Origin: Pseudogymnoascus verrucosus
Lineage: Eukaryota
Reading direction: 5' to 3' (one strand)
Assembly (NCBI GenBank): GCA_001662655.1
Contig: KV460253.1
DNA: 20,000 nt
The position numbers and the translations under genes were made by a program. The notes under the pieces are model-generated. The model saw only the letters and a list, made by a program, of their open reading frames with translations. It was not told the origin of the DNA and searched no databases. Shown here piece by piece: positions 1 through 10,736 of this stretch (positions within the stretch are counted from its first letter, which is position 1; each line of letters opens with the position of its first letter).

Positions 1-772
1 TCAATACCAACAGAAACGAGATAAGTGCTATGGAGTATGTCCGTAGCCACACTTCAGTACTCTCCCGAGAGTATTCACAGTGTATGAGCTGCTGGATGGT
101 GCGATACATATTCTTATGGAATTTGTGCCTGGCGATGGCCCTTTTTATACAGATATGACCCCAGAGCAGATCAAAGAATTTGGTCAAGAACGCTGGGTCG
201 CTGGGTATCTGCGGCAGCTACGAAATCTGGAACCTCCCGAAGAAGGCTTTATTGGATCCGTATCGCTTGGTTCTTCGATGGACGACAGACTGGGCCACAA
301 CCGCTTCGGCCCATTCCACAAAGTGGCAGACTTCCACGATTATTTACGCTTCGGAGGACCTCTTGAAACTTGGAACTATGATCCGGTGGTCAAAAAAATC
401 CATGGCAGATCAGAATCTTACAAAGTCAAGTTCACCCACGCTAACCTCAACACAAGAAGCATCCAATGCCACAATGGCAGGATACAGGCCATCATTGATT
501 GGGAATTCGCAGGCTGATACCCTCAGTATTGGGAGTATACCAAGATGTACTTCGCCGAGTTCTCCTTTTATCAAACATTTTTTGCCGCTGTCGTGGGCGA
601 GCCGGGCATTGAAAAGTATCCCAAGGAACTTCGGGCGGAGCGCGATATCTGGAGGGTTGTGAATCCCTGGCAATACGACGACTTTTACGGCAAACCATTG
701 ATCCATGGGGGGCGTCTACAGGGTGGTGGAAGCTTGTGTAATGATGAGGGTACTTGGGCGGGGGGAAACTGA
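1..772 (+). pseudogene. Aminoglycoside phosphotransferase (APH)/protein-kinase-like gene, disrupted; 5' end lies outside the window
   Basis: Frame 3 from base 3 reads NTNRNEISAMEYVRSHTSV. Frame 2 from base 62 reads LPRVFTVYE...ILMEFVPG...FTHANL...IIDWEFAG*YPQYWEYTKMYF and ends at TGA 770-772. These match fungal APH-family motifs (E..AM..V...TS(I/V)PVP.V, ILMEF, HxDL, IIDWE.AGWYP.YWEY). Lesions: apparent 1-bp deletion near 60-61, HANL in place of HADL (AAC 443-445), and TGA at 515-517 where Trp is expected. Confidence 0.85.
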
Positions 773-1426
773 AAACAAGCATGAATCACAAGTGTTCCAC
801 GGTCTCTAGCAATTAGCAGTCACAATATGTAATACCACTTTTATTCTTCATTAATAACACGTCTGTTTGATATTCCTCCTCGCCCCATAGTGACAACTCT
901 AGCTCAGCTGAGATTAACTATGTCCGCAATGCTCCTCCTAGAACTTGATTCAACTTTATAAGAAGCTTATTTATTAGCCAAGCAGCTGTCTAGACTGTAG
1001 AGTAAAACACTGGGTTGCCTAACCTAGCAGGCTCTCTAACACAGCTTAAGATAAAAGAAGTGCTCGTGTACACTTTCTGCGTCAACGCCTCTAGTTCACT
1101 TCTGTCACCGCCGTTATCCAGATTTCAATCCTTACATCCTTGGCTAGGTTTGTATCAAGGAAAATTCTTCCTAGAGCTTCTGTAGCCAAAACAGTTACTA
1201 GATCCTAGATACGGCTGTGGAACGGTGAAACGGAGTTGGGCAACTATAGACAGTAGATCACTATAAACACGCGAACGATCTGTAGAAGACGATTGATACT
1301 TGAGATATCTACCACAGAGAGCTCGAGGCAGCAACTATCGCTGGTCTACCGGTGTGTGCACGCGTTGCAGTGGTACGAGTTGATTATCCCCCCACACCAC
1401 AACAGAAAGGGGCAAGAGACGAAATT

Positions 1427-1980
1427 AAACCAACAACACGGCAATCCCAGCACCCTACCCCAAACAGCCCAGCGAACATCTGAGATATCCCTAATATCAC
1501 TCGAGTCCAGCCTCATCCGTAGCCCATTTTTCCGGATTAATGAAGGTGGAAGGGGCATGTAGGGCGCTATGTTCTTTGAGCCAGAAGAAACAAAATGAAA
1601 CCGACGACACGAGAATTCCAGCTTCTACTGACACTAAATAGACCAATAGACCAGCAAACAGGCTGTGGAGGAGGCTGGACTCAACTGATGCTAATATCTC
1701 TAGCATAAGTCGAGACCGGCCGCCTCCACAGCCCATTTTTTGGGACTTGGTGAAGATGGAAGGGCCATCCGTATAGGGAGCCATGTGTTTTTGAGGCAAA
1801 AAAGACGGAAAAAAAAACCGGCACACGACAGTCCATCCCAGCCTACGGATTCCGAACAGCCCAGCGAACAGCTGATATCCCTGTTGCTAGTCGAGTTTGA
1901 CCTCGTCCACAGCCCATTTCTCGGGCTATGTTGGAGTTGGAAAAGCCATGTAGGGAGTCATATTCTCTTCCGAAAACCAT
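1427..1980. repeat. Three degenerate tandem units of roughly 170-220 bp
   Basis: Anchors recur in the same order: TCGAG at 1501/1710/1891, AGCCCATTT at 1521/1730/1911, TAGGG at 1560/1774/1951. AACAGCCCAGCGAACA...GATATCCCT is shared by units 1 and 3. Boundaries are approximate. Confidence 0.75.
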
Positions 1981-4900
1981 TTTGTCCCACGATAGTGAAG
2001 AGAATAGGGAAGAGAGAAAGAAAAAAACAGAAGAGGGGGAGCTTTTAACCTGGAGAAAATAATCAGACCACCAAAATGACGAAAACATCGCAACACTTTC
2101 GCGTGACGATAGTTCTGACGCGTTCCTGAAATAATCGAGAAGTCATAATGATGATCTCCCAATAAACAAAACGCTGCCGCACTGGACCTGGCAACTTTCT
2201 TTTTACCCCTTGTCCCTAATATAAGCATCATGGATTTCATGCACCGCCGTCAATTTAACCCAGTCTAAACACTACGCTTCCCCACTCTCACCTGATATCC
2301 ATAATATATTTCCAGGCTCGCAAAACCACGCCGTCTCTTTCGAATATCTCCACTTGAGACGCCGTTTGGGGGTCCGGTGTAAAGTACGTAAGTTATAGCA
2401 ATGGTGTGTTTGCTATAATATCTAGATATCATAGCTTAGGCTCTTCATCTCGTCAACAACAAAGGGTCTCTCAGAGCACGTGAGGGCGCGAGCTTCACAG
2501 GCACGTGACTAGCCTGTTGATTTGTGCCTGGTTGATTTGGAAGGAAGGGTCAGGGGAAATCCCCTTTCGGCAAAGATGATGACGTGTCCGGGCATAGAGC
2601 AAATGGTGGTGATATATTATTTACGACTGATTTCTCTTGATTTTTTTTTCTGCATTAGAAATGCATGGCACGCATTGCATGCGTCTGGATTTCTGAGAGA
2701 CGAGACACCGCCGGGTAACCAACCCTTAGGCGAGGTACAGTACGGCACTGGGACACGAGGGGAAGGGGCCTGGTGCGTGGGGAGCTAATGCGGGGCTATT
2801 GTGGTGTGCAGCGCACGGTGCCTTGCATTGGGTGCATGTGGACTACTGGTGCTTTTTGGGGGGGATATAAATACCTTTGGTGTGGTTTTCTCGTCTTGGG
2901 TGTGGGGAGGGAAGTGCGTGAATATTGGATTCGGGGTGGATGATTGCGGTGCTTTTATGGGGTTTTGTACTGTTGGTGTTAGTGGAGGCAGGCGACTGGT
3001 GATAGATGATATGATAGATGGTGTGCGCGCCCGCTGCCCAGTTTTGACTCTTCATATTAGAAGTCGCTGCTGCCTGCCAGCCTTTTGTCGGAGTTGCCGA
3101 TGATGGATGTAGGAGATAGATGATATAGCAATAATAAGATGCAAACGAGTAATCGTATCTAGTTGTTCCTGTTAGCCCGCCCTTGCCGCCTCCCCGGCCA
3201 CATACGATAGCCTCAGCCACGTACGATAGCCTCCTCGTTCTTGTGCTCGTATGATGACATACACACCGACACCGCCCATCCCTCGGTCACCTCCTACTGA
3301 ATTCCGTGCCTCTCCCCTCGTCCGATCAAACGGCAAAAGGCACCCCGCTAACAGCCTCATCGCCGCACCGAGATCTAGACAAACACCCGTCGGTCAACGA
3401 TGCTCATAGCCATCGGCCCCACGATGACGCGAACGGCACACTGATCCGGCCGGCCTGGCCAGATCCCCTCTCTGCCAGCACTGGCGTCGACGACGGCTTT
3501 GCTCGTCGCCAGGTACGGCGTCGTGCGTACCGCGACCGGCACAGCATTCCCCATGTGTGCCTGTGTATGTACCTTTTGTGGTGGTGTTGTACAGGAAGTA
3601 GGTAGCTAGTAGCGTAAGGTACATGCACCCGCCGCGCGCTTCGAGTCATCTGCCCACAGCCAGGAAAGCGGCAGACGAGGCAGGAGCAGCCCAGACCGTC
3701 GTGATAATCTAGTAATCGAGTAATCGAGTACTACTCTACTCCGTTATTCTCGTGGAGGGAATGTGCGCAATGTGTGCACGATGTCGATGTCAGCGACGAC
3801 GCGGGCTCGATTCGTTCATTTTGGTGTGGTTATGATACATTCGTCGTCGACTCTGGTCGGCTGCACGCAGCGGAGGACCCTCATGTCATTGAACTGTCAT
3901 CTAATGTCATCCCGAAGGAGTGCATGTCATCGTGACAACAACGACAACGACGACGCCCTGTAGAACGACGGTCAGTAAGGGGGGGTTAGATCAGTGATGG
4001 TAAAGGAGAGAACAAAAGCAAGGACAGCCAGATTAGACAGACTGAGGGAGAGCCAGAGATAGAGGCAAAGTGGCGATGGTACTACTAAACATATGAGACA
4101 ATACAGCAGAGTACTTTACACCGGCTCTACCTTGGAGATCCAGTTGAGGGTGTACTTACCAAACGTATGAACGTATGAATATCCAACTCTTAAGTATTAC
4201 GCCGCAAGAAACAATCCAATCCGCGTTCAGTGTTTGCGACTGCTGGCTGCACATCGTACTGTGTTTGGCATGCTTGGCTGTTGTCTGACTATGTTTGTAT
4301 ACTCAATCATGTATACTCAATCATGAATGGTGCTTACCATAGAATACGATAATGAAATCCCCACCCGGCCTGGCGGTCATTGTCGACGATGATCCAGTGT
4401 CATTCGAGTATTTCGAGTCTTGTCAACTTTTGTGGTAGTTGTACCCCCCTAATCCTCGTCAACGCCCCTCGTTCGCTCCTTCCCATACCACCCCTCCTTC
4501 ATTCTCGTCATCCCCCTCGACCCCCTCACCCCCCTACCACTCCCCTACCACCCCCCTCACCTCCCCCTCATCTTTGCCACGCCTCTTTCCCAGATCTCGC
4601 CCATCACCCGCACTTCGCCGTTCTTGGCGCCCTGTCTATCAACACACCCTTTGGGAAACATGTAGGAACATGTAACTCGGAAGGAGTAAAGGGAAAGGGC
4701 AGGAACATACGGAAGGAAGCCAGGGAATATAGGGAGCTTACATACAGTACGCATAGAGTGAGGGAACACGGAAACACACAACGGGACTTGCGGAACACAG
4801 GCAACTTAGGGGAATATAGGGCTGGAACGTTACCATCGTCGCCGTCATTACCATTACCGACAAACAAAAACCATATTACACATCACCAACTGCCAACAAA

Positions 4901-6457
4901 CAAACTACCAGCCAGTACCAACCAACTCCTCCGACTACTCCTCGATCGTACCTCACTCCCTCCCGTCATTCTCCCTAAGCCGTCCATCCTTGCTCTTTCC
5001 CCCTTCTTTGCTCCTTGCCCCTTCCTCCTTACTCTTTGCCACCTTGTTATCAGTACCATCACCACAACTATCACTACTTCCATCACTACCACCATCACCA
5101 CCAACTTTCTCTGCATTCTTCCATCGTCACATCACATCACCTCATACACGAACCAACAACCTCCCTATCACTCTTCCTGCCCTACCCCTTGGTCCCTCGC
5201 CATTCCCCTCGCGGCATCTCCTGCCCTCGCCGCCCCGATCAACCCTTCCCTAGGTGTCTTACGACATCAAAACGTACCATCCTCTATTGCGGTACCTAAG
5301 ACATCGTTCGACGAGCCACGGTTCGGTGTGCCACGATTGCTGAGACTAAAAACCACGCCGCTCTTCTCTTAAGCCATCCAACTGCTGAGAAATAGAAAAG
5401 TGTCGAAGACAGCTGTTGCATTGGATCATTTCATCTGCCCACCTTGCTACTAGCCTACCTATATCTATCTATCTACCTTGCATACCCTACCTCTCCCTTT
5501 CCATCCTGACGACATTTTTATCATCTTTTTATTCAAATATCAACCTATTCTGCCATCATTATACATCACTATCCTTCGATACCCACCATATCCGCCATTG
5601 ACCATCACACTTGCTGTCACGGTACGCTGTATACCCAAACGACAGCAAACTCGGGATAACAACGGCGTTCACGATCGTTGCCTTGCGACCTGCCTCGCCA
5701 ATCCTTTGCGACTTGCGACCTGCCGCTTGTGACTACGAAACTTGGCTCCTCGTTCATTCCCACCGCTCCGTCGCGACCAACTATACCACCATTCATCCTC
5801 ATTCTCGGTTCCTGTGTAATGTTGGTGCGCATCACTCCCTCGGCCGAATCAATCTGAAACGTCCAAAACTCGTTGGTGTTCTGACCAACGACCCACCAAA
5901 GAAACAGCGTCCCCCACACAGTCCGATCAATCCTTATCGACGGCTCTTCGGACACTGCCCTCTCCCCTCCCCTCCTCCACCACCCCCCCCCCACATACAC
6001 ACCATCATAGCTCTTCCCCACTGCGTCGTGGACAGACGTCGGTCGTCGACATCGCATCCCCTCACCGCCGTCGAAACACCCTCCGTTGAACGTCATTCCA
6101 CACGTCGAGCCTGTCATACACAACAACTACGGTCAGCCGTAGGCAGGCGCTGACAAAGCTACACTTCATCCCGTACCTACCAACTTCGAGCCAAGGTTGC
6201 GCCAGCCCTGGGTTGTGGCCGCTCCTGGTCCCGCGGTTGACTTTGGATATGACAGCCTACACCTACATGTGGCTCCCAACAAAGCTCTTGACCCACTGAA
6301 CGACAAGTCTTATACCTCAGGAGACGCTCCTCGAGCCTTCGACCTCGTGCCATAAGATCGTCCCATCTCGTCCGGTCGAAGGCGGGATAATCTACACGAC
6401 CCGGAAGCGAGGCAACCCATTTCCAGCTGGGTGGCGACACAATACATACACCTGGTT

Positions 6458-8696
6458 ATGGCAGCGTTTCAATCTGTCAATGCGGCCTTGACCCCCCCGA
6501 GGTCCTTTTTAAAGCAAGAGGACGGGCCGTCGGCCGCAACAGAACACAATGCTGGGCCAAGTTCCGCCGGTCCATCGACGTCGAAACTGGACGATGCAAA
6601 GACACCTACCAAGTCTAGCTTCGCGGCCTTACCGTCGCATAATGACTCCAAGGCAGGGGAGCCCTCATCGGCCGCCAGCACTTCGGAGTTCAAGAAGGCC
6701 GCAAAGCGCGAGAGCGCACAGTACTCGATGAAGTCGCGAGATTCCGAAGATGTAGATATGGACGACTCGGATGGAGATGATGATGGGTCGGATGAGGATA
6801 GCGTAGCTGCGGATGGGACGCGGTCGACGAAAAAGAAGAAATCCCAACGATTTTTCTGTACAGAATACCCACCTTGCAATTTGAGTTTTACTAGGAGCGA
6901 GCATTTAGCACGGCATATACGGTTCGTCAAGCTCATTTTCTTTTGGCCATGCGCCAGCGAACCTCGAGGCTAATATGTTACATAGAAAACACACCGGGGA
7001 ACGCCCCTTCCAGTGCCACTGTTCACGGCGCTTCTCGCGGCTTGATAACCTACGACAACATGCCCAGACCGTTCACGTAAACGAGGATATCCCCGGCGAC
7101 TCGCTCGCAGCTAGCAGTACGCGGTTCCAACGTCAGATACGGTCCGATCGTGTAAGGCCCGCAGCTAATCGCTCGCGGGCGAGCACGTCGAGCACTCAGC
7201 CCGGGCAGCCTCGAGGCCATACAAGGAATTCCCTGTCAGCCTCGAGTATCGGGTCCATCTACGCGGGTCGTGAGGATCCACGTCGCAGGCCGGCGCCACT
7301 CATCATGGCCGGCGACCCGCGGTCAAGGGTTTCGTTCGATAGCTATGCGTCTACGGAGGGCCCCTATGTATCGTCGAGTGGCTTCGTCAACAGTGGTTTC
7401 AACACTCCTACGTCATCACGGTACTCGGGGGGTTATGACAGTTCGCAGTGGAGCTCGGCCATGGGATCACCAGTCCGCGGCCATTCCAGAACGGCAAGCA
7501 TGTACTCGGAACGTCGAATGGCTGGTCGCCGCCTATCCGTGCCGTCCTCAGAGAACCCTTTCGGGCCCCAAGGCTTTGGGCCGTCGTCGTTCGGACAGTC
7601 AACGCTCGCACCACTGAGCTCTGGCAGCCAGGAGTCCTTCTCGCCATCAGGAAGCATTATGGCAAGCCCAACTTCGTCCGTAGGCTCGTCATGGTCGAGG
7701 CGGGAGTCCCTCGCCAGTGCCGCTGATGACTATCGCCGCCGTACGTGGCACCACCCTGAGTCGCAGCCGGGCTTTACTAGTAGGCTGCAAAATGTTATGT
7801 CTTCTACCTCCCACCGCCCCACTCCCCCGGCATCAGTTGCCTCCGCAGCCAGTGGTCAGATCACCCTCCCCGGAATCGAATCCTTCCTATCACGTCCTGT
7901 GACCCCACCCCGCCGTAACCCCTCGCCAATGGAACTCGACACGCCGACCCGTCCTGAGTACGCCTGGTCTGACGACCGCTCTATCGCTGCTGCCAGACAA
8001 TGGGACTCTAGCCTTCCACATAACTTTACGCGCCTCGAGATTGCCCAGCAAACATCCCGTCCCGATGATGCCAGCGCCTGGGCTACAGACGCTACACGTG
8101 CCGTGCAGGAGCGCGCAGCGCAACAGTCACAAGTGTCTCCTCGCCCCCAGCCGCGCGTAAGTTTCAGCACTACGACCTACCCAGCCCAAGAACCCCCACC
8201 CCGGCACCCAAACCACCACATTAGTGCCCCGCCCCTAACTCCGCGCGACTCCAAGAGACAGGGTTGGTATGCGGGACCGTTGCCGCAGCGCCAGCGCCCG
8301 TCTCCGGAAGGGGGGTCCAGTAGTTCCGATAACGGAATTCCTGGGACGCCGCGCATGGCGGGGCATGGGGATTACGGGCCCGTGATCGTCCAGCAACCCA
8401 GTGGGGGGTGGGACGAGCGCGATCGGGAGGGCCAGCGGGCGGCGGGAGAGCAAGGGGGGCAGATGCGGCAGGAGCAGGGACGAGGTGGAAACGGGCCGGG
8501 TCAGGGACAGGGGCAGGGTCAGGAGTTTAAAGGGGGGATCCCGGCGGCGATAGGGCAGGCGTATGCGGCGTACGGGGCCGTGACGTTGCCGCCGCCGGTG
8601 GAAGCGGTGAAGGCTGATGATGGGATGTTACGCCTAGAGGCGCTTGTGGCTGTGGCGACAGGGGAGAGTGGTAATAATGCGGCAGCAGCGTATTAG
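6458..8696 (+). CDS. USV1: C2H2 zinc-finger transcription factor, Usv1(Nsf1)/Rgm1-like; join(6458..6921,6986..8696), 724 aa
   Basis: Splicing restores [61 protein letters not shown]: two C2H2 fingers with a TGERP linker, very close to the yeast Usv1/Rgm1 fingers as I recall them. The 64-nt intron 6922..6985 has a GTTCGT donor, GCTAAT branch and TAG acceptor. An acidic patch and basic NLS-like run precede the fingers, followed by a long S/P/R-rich tail. The symbol is by family resemblance; orthology is untested. Confidence 0.9.
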
Positions 8697-9897
8697 GACG
8701 TTCTTGTCCTATTGTCCTAGCTGCCGTGCCACCTCTCCCTCGTCGTCTTGTCGCAGTCGTCCCTTCTGCGTCCCCTGTTAGGGGGCTGCAAAATAGAAGG
8801 AGGGAAAGGATTTGTGCAGACGGATGAATAAAGTCAAGAAAGAGGGGGGATATAGGAAAAGGAAGGAACCGGGAGCGGTTCTGGATTCTAAATATGACTT
8901 ACATGATCCGATCTGGGCACATCCCCCGGCCTCCATTACACGATTTTTTTACAGTGTTTGGAAGAGGATAGGAAGACAGATGGGGTCTGCTTTCCTTGGC
9001 CGGGTTTTACACATTAATTTTCCTTCTCTTGGCGTTATGATTTTAACGACCTTGATATTCTCATGCTTGTATTTTTTCCCATATTATTTTTCTTTGGGAT
9101 AACGAGCCCTCCTCCAACTACGAGTCCCACTTGGTCTGGAACGGACATGGTCGCAACCGCGCGTCAGCTCCGCAATACGTACAATTCACTGCGCTGTACA
9201 TAACAAATCCCTCCACCTCCGCGCTGGAACCCTCAACCTCAACGCTCCGTCGGTTCTCCCAAACTACACTCGCTTCTCGGCACTTGTATGTTTCCTTTTT
9301 TGGGAGGTTTTGGGTTTTTGGCGAAGGTGGTAGGAGGTCAGACTGGGTGGGATTTTAGGTTCTGGGTTTTGGGGGTCTTTCCTTTGGTTTGTCTCGCAGG
9401 ATTTGGATATACCCAGTTTACTTTCGTTTACGATCGTCCGCCCCTTTCTCTGGGCGAGGCTATAGCTAGGGAGGGGGAATGCATGGGCGTTAATTTGGGA
9501 GGAGGATGGGGGTTGGGTGAGGCTGTGGCGTGGTGGTGGTGTGTGTAATGAGGTGTGGGATCAGGTGAACCATCCGGTGATAGTCGGTGCCAAAAGCGCG
9601 CGACGGGTATGATGTTATGAAAGGGGCCAGCGGGGAGTATTTGTTAGTAGCATGAAGGTTATGTTGTTGTGGATTAGTATTTGATGGCTTGCGTGCGAGT
9701 GTCTGTGTACGTATTTAGTAATCCAAGGCCAAAGTTTGGGATCAAGACCCACGTACCAAGAAAGGTAGTTGTTGCATAGAGATCAAAATCAAAATTTTAT
9801 ATTCGTAGACGTTATGACTCCCCGACTCCAGCGCTTATTGCAATATCGACATCCCCTCGCTACGCATCAATGGCACTTTCACCTTCCCTGCTTCCCA

Positions 9898-10736
9898 CTA
9901 CTCATCCCCCACTAACCTCACTCCCCCCCTCATCCCCCCCACCCCCTTAATCCCCAACCCCTCCCCCTCCCTCTCTCTCTCCCTCTCCCTCCCCTCCCTC
10001 TCCTCCCGCTCCCCCACCAGCGCCTTAAAATACACCTCCGCCGCCACCGTAGCACTATAACTCACCGCCGTCCAACTCCACGCATTCCTCCTCTCATGCT
10101 CCGCCCCCGCCGCCACCAGCGTCCTCAGCACCAATAACTGCCCGTTCGCGCTCGCGAAATGGAGCGCCGTGTTGCCGTCTGCGTCTTGTGCGCGCAGGAG
10201 CGCTCGCGCGGGGGTGAGGTTGGGTTCTGCTGCTAGTTCTGCTGCGGAGGGGGAGGGGGCGTGGGTCAGGATGAGTTGCACGCAGGTGTCGAATCCGTTT
10301 GCAGCAGCGAGCATGAGGGCGTCGCGACCACGACTATCCCGCTTCCCTATCCCCCCCGCATCCTTCGATTCGAGAAGCGCATGCACGATCTCCGCGTGTC
10401 CGTTCTTCGCAGCCAGCATAAGCGGGGTCTGGTGGAGGGTATTCAGACTTATCCCCCCTGCTTCGTGGCCCAGGGACAGGAGAAGCTGGGTTATGGGGAG
10501 GGAGGGGAGGGAGGCGGCTAGGTGGAGAGAGGTGTTGGAGAGGCCAGGGGGGGAGGGGGTGAGGTCGGGGTTTTGGAGGAGGTGCGGGTGTGTGCGGAGG
10601 ATGCGGCGGGTTATGGGGAGGGAGTGCGTGTGGATTGCGCGCCGGAGGCGGAGGGATGGATCGATCCTGGAGGGGGTTAGAAGGGGGGATTCTTGAAGGT
10701 GGGGGGGGTGAGCGGTGGGAAGGGGGGCGCGTACAT
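9898..10736 (-). CDS. AVO2: Ankyrin-repeat protein, TORC2 subunit Avo2-like; complement(join(9898..10666,10735..10736)), 256 aa
   Basis: The spliced product begins MIDPSLRLRRAIH...RRILRTHPHLLQNPD...NTSLHLAA...LLSLGHE, resembling the Avo2 N-terminus (PSxRLRxAI...V/TxRxL). Ankyrin motifs follow: QTPLMLAAKNGH, GRDALMLAAANGF, GNTALHFASANGQ. The 68-nt intron 10667..10734 has a GTACGC donor, CTAAC branch and CAG acceptor. Exon 2 is in frame with the 9898..10419 ORF. Confidence 0.85.

Noticed and set aside
2575..2632. ATGATGA...CTGA resembling a box C/D snoRNA (a similar pair lies at ~3251-3300)
   Set aside because: Short, with a weak or absent terminal stem and no rRNA complementarity that I could recognise.
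3196..4326. Several two-copy tandem duplications (GCCAC(A/G)TACGATAGCCTC, AGTAATCG, AACGTATG, GTATACTCAATCAT)
   Set aside because: Unrelated short slippage duplications; no array structure and not CRISPR-like.
4380..5372. 330-aa plus-strand ORF
   Set aside because: Low-complexity P/T/H/L translation of C-rich, stop-poor DNA with no domain or codon pattern; better explained as promoter or leader sequence.
5611..6153. Overlapping 180-aa (+) and 169-aa (-) ORFs
   Set aside because: No recognisable motifs; they lie in the putative leader of the zinc-finger gene and reflect base composition.
9195..9202. TGTACATA, a Puf-type element downstream of the zinc-finger gene
   Set aside because: A single 8-mer with the 3' UTR extent unknown; too likely by chance.
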